DNA of 48,688 nucleotides, taken from positions 1 to 48,688 of the forward strand of contig JBBILY010000004.1 of NCBI GenBank assembly GCA_037444705.1. The letters run 5' to 3'. Position 1 is the first letter of the stretch. The number at the start of each line of letters is the position of its first letter. The translations under genes and the position numbers were made by a program. The notes below the pieces were generated by a model. That model had not been told where the DNA came from, did no database searches, and saw nothing but the letters and a program-made list of their open reading frames with translations. Source of the stretch: Chloroflexota bacterium. Its GTDB lineage: Bacteria; Chloroflexota; Anaerolineae; Anaerolineales; UBA4823. Positions 17,900-26,864 of this stretch are shown here, in pieces.

Positions 17900-18604
17900 T
17901 TATGGCTTCCAAACTTCCCAGACCTTACCCACCAATGCAGGGCTGGGTTTCAGTGTGATCTGGCCTGGTTGCCAGCCTGAGGGTGTCACCTCACCTGTGG
18001 CGCGTACGTGCTGAAAAGCTTTGATCTGGCGGATCAATTCATCTGGATTGCGCCCTACTTCCGGGGTCAACACTTCCATGGCGCGGATGACGAAGTCGGG
18101 GTCTATGATAAAGCGCCCGCGGATGTCAACGCCCGCTTCTTCGTCATAGACGCCATAGACAGCGCCGATCTTGCCGCCGGCATCGGCCAACATGGGGAAG
18201 GGCACCCCACCCGGCGTCATGCGGGATAATTCTTGCTCTTGCCAGACTTTATGCACGAAGCGGCTATCCGTGCTGACGGCCAGAACTTCCACCCCCAAAG
18301 CCTTCAATTCCTCATAACGGACGGCAACTGCCGTCAATTCGGTCGGTCAAACAAAAGTGAAGTCCCCCGGATAGAAGCAAAGCACAATCCATTTGCCTTT
18401 GTAGTCCGAGAGTTTAATCGGTTGAAAGCCAACACCTTCGATGTAGGCGTTGGCTTCAAAATCAATGGCTTCTTTGCCGACGCGGGCGAACATTTGGCTT
18501 ACCTCCTGTGATAGTCTGATTTCTTCCGTTGAGGCGGCGGATTCTCGTAGGGGCACAATTGGCCCACGCGCAGGTTTAACACAGCCGTCTTTGAGTTCTG
18601 GCAT
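17900..18604 (-). CDS. Peroxiredoxin (AhpC/Prx1-type) with in-frame TGA at the peroxidatic position: probable selenocysteine-containing peroxiredoxin
   Basis: Track ORFs 18347..18604 and 17900..18337 share one frame, separated only by TGA (18349-18347). Read-through gives ...[43 protein letters not shown]..., the universal FTFVCPTE active site with U in place of Cys. The probable start is ATG 18493 ([23 protein letters not shown] 8 nt upstream), giving Sec49. An upstream in-frame ATG at 18604 also has AGGAGG 6 nt upstream. Confidence 0.8.
18320..18335 (-). other. Candidate bacterial SECIS hairpin
   Basis: mRNA: UGA-CCGACCGAAUU-GACGGC-AGUU-GCCGUC. A 6-bp GC-rich stem begins 11 nt after the UGA, and the apical tetraloop contains GU. 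Flanking AA/UU could extend the helix around a small internal loop. Confidence 0.5.
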
Positions 18605-18702
18605 AGAAACCTCCTTTAATATATTGCTTCAGATAAGATTGTGTTGATAACGGTTCTCAGAGCGGCTCGTTGTGGGGTAACATTGAAACAACTTTCACAA
18701 TG

Positions 18703-18730
18703 ATTATATAACCACCTCATGGAAAGTGAA
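18703..18730 (-). promoter_or_regulatory. Candidate promoter for the peroxiredoxin gene
   Basis: On the minus strand: TTCACT (18730-18725), a 16-nt spacer, then TATAAT (18708-18703). Confidence 0.4.
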
Positions 18731-18823
18731 TAAAGAATTTATTTCGTCTACAGAGGTTGCGCAGTCTGGCTTTCGCTGGTATCCTTGAGCATAATCAAAA
18801 TCTATCTACCGAGGCAAGTCACC

Positions 18824-19486
18824 ATGTATCTTGCAATCGAAGGTGTCATTGGGGTTGGGAAAACCACTTTGGCTCGTTTGTTGCAGCCCAGGTTCCAGGC
18901 CGAGTTGCTCCTGGAAGTGTTTGAAGAGAACCCCTTCCTCTCTGATTTCTATGCCGACCGAGAGCGCTATGCTTTTCAAACGCAGATTTTCTTTCTGCTC
19001 AGCCGCTACTATCAACAGCGACGGGCGGTGCCCGAAATTCTGGCGCGGGGGGTGAATTTGATCGCCGACTATACATTTGAAAAGGATGCCCTCTTCGCCC
19101 GCATCAACCTGAAGGGGGACGAGTTAGATATGTACTATCGGGTGCATGAGGCTCTGGCGGAAAAGATCCCTGAACCGAACTTGATCGTTTACTTGCGCGC
19201 CGATACCGAGGTGCTGATGCAGCGCATTGCCCTGCGCGATCGTCCTTATGAGCGGCACATGGAGAGGGAATATATTGACCAGCTCAACCGCGCCTATGAT
19301 GAGCATTTTCTGCGCCTTCATCCGCAAGATGTGCACAAAGGGCGGAATGTGCTCGTCATTGACACCAATGGCATTGATTACGTGCGTCGGCCAGAGGAGT
19401 TGAACTGGATTGAACAACGCATCCGTCAGGCATTGAGGTTATCCCCATTTCAAGAGGAACTACCGCTTAAGGTCGAGAAGGGATAG
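18824..19486 (+). CDS. Deoxynucleoside kinase (dCK/dGK family)
   Basis: MYLAIEGVIGVGKTTLARLL P-loop, the ERS/DR-type motif region (FQTQIFFLLSRY) and the LID region RIALRDRPYER. The track ORF starts at TTG 18785. Confidence 0.85.
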   Translation: MYLAIEGVIGVGKTTLARLLQPRFQAELLLEVFEENPFLSDFYADRERYAFQTQIFFLLSRYYQQRRAVPEILARGVNLIADYTFEKDALFARINLKGDELDMYYRVHEALAEKIPEPNLIVYLRADTEVLMQRIALRDRPYERHMEREYIDQLNRAYDEHFLRLHPQDVHKGRNVLVIDTNGIDYVRRPEELNWIEQRIRQALRLSPFQEELPLKVEKG

Positions 19487-19523
19487 CCGGCGGGGAAAAC
19501 AGGCAAGAGGGAGGCGTTAATCT

Positions 19524-20528
19524 ATGCGCATTAATCGTCAGATGCTGCTCAAGATTGCCGAGGACACGGTAGCCCAACGCACCCGCAGGGAACATGACAT
19601 CCTGGCGGTTTACCTGAGTGGCTCCCTGCTGGGCGATGATTTTTTACTGGGTGGCACAGCGGACATTGACCTGACCTTCATCCATCTGGGCAGTGTGGCG
19701 GCTGAACGGGAAATCGTGCGCCTGACCGAGGAGGTACACCTGGACATCGCCCACCATGAGGAGAAGCTCTATCGCCAGGCACGCCAATTGCGCCTGCATC
19801 CATGGCTTGGCCCCACAATCTTTACCTGCAAGGTGCTCTACGACCCTCAACATTTTCTGGATTTAATCCAGGCCTCCGTGCGTGGGCAGTTCAACCGTGC
19901 GGATTACGTGCTGCAGCGGGCGCGGCAACAAGCGGAGCATGCGCGCCAGATATGGCTGGGTTTTCGTGAAGAGACCCCGCAGGCGGTAGGCCCCGGAGAA
20001 TTAACCCTTTATCTGAGAGCGGTCGAGCACGCGGTAAACGCAGTCGCCAGCCTGAATGGCCCTCCACTGACGGAGAGGCGATTTACTCAGGGCTTTTCCC
20101 AAAGGGCGGCCGCCTTAGAACACAGCGGCTTGTATGCCGCCTTGCTGGGCATCCTGGGTGGGCGCCAGGTTGACGGGGAAATGCTTAAAGGGTGGCTTTC
20201 AGAATGGCATATGACCCTTGAAGCCCTTCCTGCTGAGAGCCTCCCGCCGCGCTTACATCCCGCCCGTCGGGCTTATTACCGCCGCGCTATTGAGACCTTC
20301 CTGGAAGGCGAACAGCCTCAGGATGCTCTCTGGCCATTATTGCATTCGTGGACCCTTGCAACCCGCTTGTTGCCCCAGGGTGAGGCCGCCCTGTCCGCCT
20401 GGTATGAGGCCACCCAGCAATTGGGATTTGGGGGAGATGGCTTTGGCGAACGCCTGACAGCGCTGGATGCCTTTCTCGATTTGGTAGAGGAGACGATAGA
20501 GGCCTGGGGGCGCGAGCGCGGCGAATAA
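19524..20528 (+). CDS. Hypothetical protein with an N-terminal minimal nucleotidyltransferase-like signature and a helical C-terminal domain
   Basis: YLSGSLLGDDFLLGGTADIDLTFI fits the polymerase-beta-fold pattern GS-x(10-15)-DxD. The remainder is predicted helical and Ala/Leu/Arg-rich. GGGAGG lies 10 nt upstream of the ATG. Confidence 0.55.
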   Translation: MRINRQMLLKIAEDTVAQRTRREHDILAVYLSGSLLGDDFLLGGTADIDLTFIHLGSVAAEREIVRLTEEVHLDIAHHEEKLYRQARQLRLHPWLGPTIFTCKVLYDPQHFLDLIQASVRGQFNRADYVLQRARQQAEHARQIWLGFREETPQAVGPGELTLYLRAVEHAVNAVASLNGPPLTERRFTQGFSQRAAALEHSGLYAALLGILGGRQVDGEMLKGWLSEWHMTLEALPAESLPPRLHPARRAYYRRAIETFLEGEQPQDALWPLLHSWTLATRLLPQGEAALSAWYEATQQLGFGGDGFGERLTALDAFLDLVEETIEAWGRERGE

Positions 20529-20534
20529 TGTACA

Positions 20535-20550
20535 TGTTTCACGTGAAACA
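20535..20550. other. parS (ParB/Spo0J centromere-like binding site), perfect palindrome
   Basis: TGTTTCACGTGAAACA matches all defined positions of the chromosomal parS consensus TGTTNCACGTGAAACA. The palindrome extends to 18 bp (ATGTTTCACGTGAAACAT, 20534-20551). It is intergenic. Confidence 0.75.
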
Positions 20551-20690
20551 TCTTACGACAACCTGATAAGCCATCTTTATCCACGTGTTTTAGCGGGGAA
20601 GACGGCGCGTGCCAGGTATTACCTGATCTATTCGGTGTTAATATTATGTTAGAAACGCTCTCCTGACCCTTGGCTGGCTTGGTTGCTGGA

Positions 20691-20719
20691 TTGTCACTCA
20701 ACCTTGGGCGTGGTAGAAT
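20691..20719 (+). promoter_or_regulatory. Sigma-70-type promoter for pdxST
   Basis: TTGTCA (20691-20696), a 17-nt spacer, then TAGAAT (20714-20719) preceded by TGG (extended -10-like). Confidence 0.55.
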
Positions 20720-20763
20720 GAATCAAAAAACCGAGTCATACGTGACTCAGGAGGTTTGGAGTT

Positions 20764-21651
20764 ATGGAACAACAGATTGCGACTTTTGCGGTCAAAAAGG
20801 GCCTGGCCCAGATGCTTAAAGGTGGTGTGATCATGGATGTAGTCACCCCGGAACATGCGCGCATTGCCGAAGATGCCGGGGCGGTGGCGGTGATGGCTTT
20901 GGAGCGCGTTCCGGCCGATATTCGCGCCCATGGTGGGGTGGCGCGCATGAGCGATCCTGAGTTGATCCTGCAGATCATGGATGCCGTCTCCATCCCGGTC
21001 ATGGCTAAGTGTCGGATTGGCCATTTTGTCGAGGCCCAAATCCTGGAAGCCATTGGAGTAGATTATATTGATGAATCCGAGGTGCTCACCCCAGCGGATG
21101 AGGAGCATCATATCAATAAGCACGCCTTTAAGGTGCCCTTCGTGTGTGGGGCGCGCAATCTGGGCGAAGCCCTGCGGCGTATCGGTGAAGGGGCTGCCAT
21201 GATCCGCACCAAAGGCGAAGCAGGCACCGGCGACGTGGTTGAAGCTGTGCGCCATGCTCGCGCGGTGCTGGGCGAAATCCGTCGCTTGCAGAACATGCCC
21301 GAAGAAGAGTTGATGACCTATTCCAAGGAGATCGGTGCCCCATATGAGTTGGTGCTGGAGACGCGCAGCCTGGGGCGTTTGCCGGTGGTGAATTTCGCTG
21401 CGGGTGGCATTGCCACGCCGGCGGACGCGGCGCTGATGATGCAACTGGGCATGGATGGCGTCTTCGTTGGTTCGGGTATCTTTAAGTCCGGCAATCCCGC
21501 AAAACGGGCGGCGGCCATCGTCAAGGCGGTGACCCATTACAATGATCCCTATATTCTGGCTGAGGTCAGCCGCAATCTGGGTGAGCCCATGGTTGGGCGC
21601 CAGATTTCCAGCATACCCGAAGCGGAGTTAATTGCTGGCCGTGGTTGGTAG
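20764..21651 (+). CDS. pdxS: Pyridoxal 5'-phosphate synthase, lyase subunit PdxS
   Basis: [42 protein letters not shown]...ESEVLTPAD...[14 protein letters not shown]...[31 protein letters not shown]. Highly conserved PdxS/SNZ sequence. Confidence 0.96.
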   Translation: MEQQIATFAVKKGLAQMLKGGVIMDVVTPEHARIAEDAGAVAVMALERVPADIRAHGGVARMSDPELILQIMDAVSIPVMAKCRIGHFVEAQILEAIGVDYIDESEVLTPADEEHHINKHAFKVPFVCGARNLGEALRRIGEGAAMIRTKGEAGTGDVVEAVRHARAVLGEIRRLQNMPEEELMTYSKEIGAPYELVLETRSLGRLPVVNFAAGGIATPADAALMMQLGMDGVFVGSGIFKSGNPAKRAAAIVKAVTHYNDPYILAEVSRNLGEPMVGRQISSIPEAELIAGRGW

Positions 21652-21654
21652 GGT

Positions 21655-22245
21655 GTGAATAAGGAGATGAAGATTGGTGTCCTTGCTTTGCAAGGTGACT
21701 TTGCCGAACATCTCGCTATGTTGCGTCGCATTGGCGTGGCAGCGGTGGAGGTGCGCCTGCCGCAACACCTGGAAGATCTGGATGGATTGATCATTCCGGG
21801 CGGCGAATCGACAACCATCGGTAAACTGGCCACGGATTTTAACTTGATCGAGCCATTGCGCCAGTTTGGGCGAGAAAAAGCCATCTGGGGCACCTGCGCT
21901 GGAGCCATTTTCCTATCGAAGGATGCGGCGCGGCCACAACCTCTGTTGGGTTTGATGGACATCACCGTAGAACGTAACGCCTTCGGCAGGCAGGTGGCCA
22001 GTTTCGAAACAGATCTGGAAGTGCCTGCTCTACTCGAAGTGGATGCGCAGGCTCGACCCTATCACGCTGTGTTTATTCGCGCCCCTCTAATCAAGTCTGT
22101 CCAGGGAGATGCCCAGGTGTTGGCTCGCCTGGAGGATGGGCGCATCGTGGCTGCCCGCCAGGGCCGATTACTGGCGACTTCATTCCATCCCGAACTGACA
22201 GAGGATGACCGCTTTCACCGTTACTTTTTAAGACTAGCAGGTTAA
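21655..22245 (+). CDS. pdxT: Pyridoxal 5'-phosphate synthase, glutaminase subunit PdxT
   Basis: [28 protein letters not shown], catalytic GTCAG, and C-terminal SFHPELT. An alternative ATG start lies at 21667. Confidence 0.93.
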   Translation: MNKEMKIGVLALQGDFAEHLAMLRRIGVAAVEVRLPQHLEDLDGLIIPGGESTTIGKLATDFNLIEPLRQFGREKAIWGTCAGAIFLSKDAARPQPLLGLMDITVERNAFGRQVASFETDLEVPALLEVDAQARPYHAVFIRAPLIKSVQGDAQVLARLEDGRIVAARQGRLLATSFHPELTEDDRFHRYFLRLAG

Positions 22246-22294
22246 TCCTTAAGGAGGTTATAATTTAAGAATACGGTGCTACAGCGGTTGACAA

Positions 22295-23275
22295 ATGAAG
22301 ATTCGAGCGTTTGACTGGCGTGACTTGCCAACTTTACATCGTTACCGGCGGCAGAGCATCTTCTTGCATTCTTCTCTGCTCTTGACCCGCGGGCCAATGT
22401 TGTTTTCGGGGGCGTTGCTCTCTACACTGTCGCCGGCCACAGGGATTTTCACTTCGGTGAGCGTTGCCGATGGCGATGGAGGCCCGGTGTTAATTGGTCA
22501 GACAGTGCATACACCGGGCTCGCAATGCGCCCAATTGACCTTCCTGGCGCCCGAGGTTGCTCTGGATTCGGCTGCTTTGCCGGCCTTGCTAGAGCATCTA
22601 TCGGCCCAGGCGGTGGATCACGGCGCTTTGCGCTTAGTAGCTGAGGTTGAGGAGCGCACCCAGGCTTTCGAAGCCTTGCGCCGCGTAGGATTTGCCACCT
22701 ATGCGCGTCAGCACATCTGGCGAATAGATGAGCAGCCATCCCCCTCACCTAAGGCAAGTGGTTGGCGACCTGCGACTGAGCGCGATCTGATTGCCGTGCG
22801 CTCGCTTTATAATAATCTAATCCCAGGTTTAGTGCAGCAGGTGGAGCCATTCCCCGCCGAACGTCTGCATGGCCTGGTTTATTGCCAGGGTAACGACCTG
22901 CTGGCGTATGTCGAGTTGAAATATGGACATCGGGGTATTTGGGCACAACCCTTTATCCATCCTGATATGGAGGTAGGGTCACAATGCCTGGCGGAACTAT
23001 TGCAAAACCTACCCATGCGCCCAAACCGCCCCGTGTTTGTGTGTGTGCGTTCGTATCAATCCTGGTTGGAGGTGGCTTTAGACGACTTGGGAGCAGAGCC
23101 ACTCTTCCATCAAGCCATCATGGTAAAGCACCTGGCTGTCCCGCAGAAGGCATTTCGTCCCTTCCCATTGCCGGCGCTGGAGGGAGGGCATCCTGAGATC
23201 TCCGCACCGATTAGCGGCGCTCGCTTTCAGGAGCCATTGCCAGAAGCACAGCCATGGCTGCAAATAGAGAGTTAA
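22295..23275 (+). CDS. Hypothetical protein, possibly a tandem GNAT-like acetyltransferase fold
   Basis: The segment LRLVAEVEERTQAFEALRRVGFATYARQHIW resembles the C-terminal beta-alpha element of GNAT domains. There are no strong motifs otherwise. Confidence 0.45.
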   Translation: MKIRAFDWRDLPTLHRYRRQSIFLHSSLLLTRGPMLFSGALLSTLSPATGIFTSVSVADGDGGPVLIGQTVHTPGSQCAQLTFLAPEVALDSAALPALLEHLSAQAVDHGALRLVAEVEERTQAFEALRRVGFATYARQHIWRIDEQPSPSPKASGWRPATERDLIAVRSLYNNLIPGLVQQVEPFPAERLHGLVYCQGNDLLAYVELKYGHRGIWAQPFIHPDMEVGSQCLAELLQNLPMRPNRPVFVCVRSYQSWLEVALDDLGAEPLFHQAIMVKHLAVPQKAFRPFPLPALEGGHPEISAPISGARFQEPLPEAQPWLQIES

Positions 23276-23285
23276 ATAATTACGT

Positions 23286-24917
23286 ATGACACAGAGAAGG
23301 ATTACAGACGATTTACAAGCCCTACTGGATGTTTTACCTCCTCGCATTTCTCACGCTGTTTCGGCAGCCAATGATAGTGATAACCTTTTAGAGGTGATTC
23401 TGGATTTAGGGCGTGTGCCCACCGCGCGTTTTGTGGATCGGGAGGTAGTGCTCAGTTCCACTGAGGTCAGCCGGGCGGATATTGATTATGTGGTTGAACG
23501 CATTGGTGAGTTCGATGCCGATAACCGCGCTGGCCTGGAGCGAACATTGCATCGCATCTCTGCCATCCGAAATCGGCGTGGCCACATTGTAGGGTTGACC
23601 TGCCGCGTAGGCCGGGCGGTGTATGGCACCACTGACATCATCAAGGATCTGATCGAGAGTGGGAAAAGCCTCTTACTCTTGGGTCGCCCGGGTGTGGGCA
23701 AGACTACCATGTTGCGTGAGGCCGCCCGTATCCTGGCAGAGACCAAACGCGTGGTCATTGTGGATACCTCCAACGAAATCGGTGGCGATGGGGATGTGCC
23801 TCACCCCGCGGTGGGGCGGGCGCGGCGTATGCAGGTGAGCACGCCCTCCCTGCAGCACGAGGTGATGATCGAGGCGGTAGAGAACCACAATCCGGAGGCC
23901 ATCATCATTGATGAAATCGGCCGCGAACTGGAAGCCGCTGCCGCCCGCACCATTGCCGAACGGGGTGTGCAACTGATCGGCACCGCCCATGGTAACACCC
24001 TGGAGAACTTGCTGCTTAACCCTACCCTGTCAGACCTGGTGGGAGGCATCGAGGCAGTCACCCTCTCGGATGAGGAGGCGCGGCGACGGGGCACCCAAAA
24101 GACGGTACTGGAACGGCGCTCTCCACCCACTTTCGACGTGCTGATCGAGATTCAAACCCGCGATCGGCTGGCGGTGCATGCCGACGTGGCTGCCGCGGTG
24201 GATGCGCTGTTGCGTGGCCATCCTCTCCCGCCCGAGATTCGCTCACGCGATGAGCAGGGGCAAATCCATATCGAACGCCCGCCTCAACCACTGCGCACCT
24301 TCGCTTTCCCGCAAGGGCAGCAAGGCTACCGACGGCAATCCACTGAGAGTTGGGGGATGACTTCCCCTTTAGTTGCACAGGATACAACCCCATACCAGCC
24401 ACAGGCGTCTCAAGTGTACTCCGAAGATCGTCTCAGGACGCATACGCCCCTTCAAACCGTGCGCATTTATGCCTATGGGGTAGCGCGTAACCGCCTGAGC
24501 CAGGCGGCTAAGCGCCTGGGCGTGCCGGTCGTTTTAGCCACCGACCCCGGTCAGGCCGACGTCCTGGTAACGCTGCGCTCTTATTACCGTAAGCGGCAGC
24601 AGGCGGTGGTGGATGCCGAGAATCGGGGCATGCCCATCTACGTGTTGCGCTCCAACACCGTCAACCAGATGCAGCAGTTCCTGAGCGGGTTGTTTAACCT
24701 GAGTGAGGCGAGCCTGGATCAAACAGGGGAGGATCGCATCCGTCAGGAGACCATGGCAGCCATTAACGCCGTCTTGAATGGGGAACGCTGGGTGGAGTTG
24801 CCGCCGGCCTCAGCGGCCGTGCGCCGTTTGCAACACCAGATGGCGCGCCAGGCGAATCTGCTCTCTCACTCTTTTGGCAAGGAACCCCATCGTCGAGTGC
24901 GCATCTATCGTGAGTAG
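23286..24917 (+). CDS. AAA+ ATPase with C-terminal R3H nucleic-acid-binding domain (Ycf45/SpoIIIAA-like)
   Basis: LLLLGRPGVGKTTMLREAARILAE (Walker A), VVIVDTSNEIGGDGDVPHPAVGRARRMQV, IIIDEIG (Walker B), and an R3H-like C-terminus (LLSHSFGKEPHRRVRIY). Confidence 0.8.
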   Translation: MTQRRITDDLQALLDVLPPRISHAVSAANDSDNLLEVILDLGRVPTARFVDREVVLSSTEVSRADIDYVVERIGEFDADNRAGLERTLHRISAIRNRRGHIVGLTCRVGRAVYGTTDIIKDLIESGKSLLLLGRPGVGKTTMLREAARILAETKRVVIVDTSNEIGGDGDVPHPAVGRARRMQVSTPSLQHEVMIEAVENHNPEAIIIDEIGRELEAAAARTIAERGVQLIGTAHGNTLENLLLNPTLSDLVGGIEAVTLSDEEARRRGTQKTVLERRSPPTFDVLIEIQTRDRLAVHADVAAAVDALLRGHPLPPEIRSRDEQGQIHIERPPQPLRTFAFPQGQQGYRRQSTESWGMTSPLVAQDTTPYQPQASQVYSEDRLRTHTPLQTVRIYAYGVARNRLSQAAKRLGVPVVLATDPGQADVLVTLRSYYRKRQQAVVDAENRGMPIYVLRSNTVNQMQQFLSGLFNLSEASLDQTGEDRIRQETMAAINAVLNGERWVELPPASAAVRRLQHQMARQANLLSHSFGKEPHRRVRIYRE

Positions 24918-25034
24918 ATTAATAGATCGTTTGTTCTATTTATGCTGCCCCCGCGTACCGCCTACTCTCGGGTCGGTGAGGGGGCTGAATTCTATGTCTG
25001 CCTGGCTGGAGTTGGGAGGCGGGCATTTCTCTGA

Positions 25035-25673
25035 GTGAACATGGGCATGTTTATCACCTTTGAGGGGCCGGAGGGGAGCGGGAAGACCACCCAGGCGGCC
25101 ATGCTGGCTGAGTTTCTGAGCCGGAAGGGCTATGCAGTGCTGGCGACGCGCGAGCCAGGCGGCACGCCGATTGGCGATCAAATTCGTGCCATCCTTTCCA
25201 ATCTAGAGAACGTGGATATGCAGCCGCGCACCGAAATCTTGCTTTTCCAGGCTTCGCGCGCTCAACTGGTAGAACAAGTGATCCGCCCTCACCTGTCCAG
25301 AGGTGGGATTGTGGTGTGCGACCGCTATGCTGATTCCACCCTGGCTTATCAGGGCTACGGTCACCAGGTGGACTTGGAACAATTGAAAATCATCGTCCAG
25401 TTTGCCACGGCGGGTTTAAAACCGGACCTGACCCTATTACTGGACCTGGATGTAGAGCTGGGCCTGCAACGGCGTGCCAGGGGTGGAGGTTGGAATCGCC
25501 TGGATGCCTATGATCTGGATTTTCACCGCCGCGTGCGCCAGGGATACCATCAACTGGCGCAGGCAGAACCTCAACGCTGGGTGATCATAGACGCCGATCA
25601 ACCGGCAGAGAGCGTTCAACGCGCTGTTCGACAGGCCGTGCTTTCTAGATTGGAGGCAATGGGCAAGGCCTAG
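25035..25673 (+). CDS. tmk: Thymidylate kinase
   Basis: FITFEGPEGSGKTTQ P-loop, the TREPGGT motif, the DRY motif (CDRYADSTLAYQG) and the LID region. The start may be ATG 25041 or 25047. Confidence 0.92.
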   Translation: MNMGMFITFEGPEGSGKTTQAAMLAEFLSRKGYAVLATREPGGTPIGDQIRAILSNLENVDMQPRTEILLFQASRAQLVEQVIRPHLSRGGIVVCDRYADSTLAYQGYGHQVDLEQLKIIVQFATAGLKPDLTLLLDLDVELGLQRRARGGGWNRLDAYDLDFHRRVRQGYHQLAQAEPQRWVIIDADQPAESVQRAVRQAVLSRLEAMGKA

Positions 25674-25709
25674 CCTGGGGTGGCTTCATTCACGCTGGTG
25701 CTGTGAGGG

Positions 25710-26108
25710 CTAGAATTCGTCTAAATCCTCGCCACCATCTTCACCGCTGCCTTCACCCAGTTCGGGGATGGCTTTTTCGATCTCTTCCGGGCTCTGGCCT
25801 GCCTCCAGGCGGTCAATCACCTCGTCAAACTCGGGCCCCAGGTCTTCACCCAGTTCGTGGCTCATCTTACGCATCATGCGCCCCAGGGCCTTGGGATCAT
25901 CTTCCAGCCCTTCCAGGTTGCTTGGGTCTGCCAGGTCTTCCAGGCGGCTTTCTTCAGAACGGGCAACCCGCACGCGACCAATACGCCGCCGCACCTGCGG
26001 GCTGGCACAATGGGGGCAGTGCACCGCACGCGCCCCATATTCATTGTATGGGATAAAAGTTTCAAATCGCTTGCGGCAATTCAGGCAAACGTACTGATAA
26101 ATTGGCAT
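25710..26108 (-). CDS. FmdB-family zinc-ribbon protein with acidic C-terminal tail
   Basis: MPIYQYVCLNCRKRFE...CPHCAS (CxxC-x-CxxC) is the canonical FmdB/CxxC_CxxC_SSSS N-terminus. Confidence 0.8.
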   Translation of the reverse strand: MPIYQYVCLNCRKRFETFIPYNEYGARAVHCPHCASPQVRRRIGRVRVARSEESRLEDLADPSNLEGLEDDPKALGRMMRKMSHELGEDLGPEFDEVIDRLEAGQSPEEIEKAIPELGEGSGEDGGEDLDEF

Positions 26109-26219
26109 GACTTATCTCGCCTCCGCTATAAGGAATATGCTATAAAGACAATTGGAGAGCGCCTGCTAGAATTATAATCAGGAGTACAATCAACAGAGAG
26201 GATTCCGACTAATCCAAAG

Positions 26220-26864
26220 ATGAATAAAGCCAAGCCAATAATGGCCGACCCTCCGCCTTTTAACCTACACCGTGATGACCCCTTGCTGATTGTTATCTCT
26301 GGGCCTTCAGGGGTGGGTAAAGACACGATTATCCAGCGTATGAAAGAGCGCAACCTGCCCTTCCACTTCGTGGTTACTGCCACCACGCGCCCGCCGCGCC
26401 CAGAAGAAGTGCATGGGGTAGATTATTATTTTGTTTCACATGACCAGTTTGCCGAAATGATTGAAAAGGGCGAATTGTTGGAATATGCGATTGTTTATAA
26501 CGATTATAAGGGTATTCCCAAAGAGCAGGTGCGCCAGGCTCTAGCCAGCGGTAAGGATGTCATTATGCGCGTGGATGTGCAGGGTGCGGCTACAGTGCGC
26601 AAACTGTCTCCCGAAGCGGTGTTAATTTTTGTCACGGTGAGCGATGAAGAAGAGATGATTCGCCGCTTAATGGCGCGTAAGACCGAGACCCCTGAGGGGC
26701 TGAAACTGCGCATTGCCACTGCCCGCCAGGAATTGACGCGCGTGGGTGAATTTGATTATGTTGTCGTCAATCGAGACAATCACCTGGATGAAACTGTGGA
26801 TACCATCCTGGCGATCATCAAAGCCGAGCACCATCGCGTTCATCCCAGAAAGGTAACCTTGTGA
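26220..26864 (+). CDS. gmk: Guanylate kinase
   Basis: LLIVISGPSGVGKDTI, TTRPPRPEEVHGVDYYFVS, GELLEYAIVYNDYKGIP. Confidence 0.93.
   Translation: MNKAKPIMADPPPFNLHRDDPLLIVISGPSGVGKDTIIQRMKERNLPFHFVVTATTRPPRPEEVHGVDYYFVSHDQFAEMIEKGELLEYAIVYNDYKGIPKEQVRQALASGKDVIMRVDVQGAATVRKLSPEAVLIFVTVSDEEEMIRRLMARKTETPEGLKLRIATARQELTRVGEFDYVVVNRDNHLDETVDTILAIIKAEHHRVHPRKVTL

Noticed and set aside
18695-18710. A PerR/Fur-box-like sequence overlapping the -10 of the peroxiredoxin promoter (minus strand ATATAAT-C-ATTGTGA).
   Set aside because: It has 3 mismatches in 14 positions to TTATAAT-N-ATTATAA, and much of the match is simply the TATAAT box. That is too weak to call without a genome-wide motif model.
20731-20746. 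A hairpin GAGTCA-tacg-TGACTC in the pdxS leader, directly abutting the AGGAGG SD.
   Set aside because: The stem is only 6 bp and does not sequester the SD. No alternative pairing or known PLP-responsive element was recognised.
20698-21537. A 279-aa minus-strand ORF. Related minus-strand ORFs lie at 20736..21053 and 21549..21965.
   Set aside because: It is antisense to the highly conserved pdxS/pdxT and is a His/Arg-rich shadow ORF.
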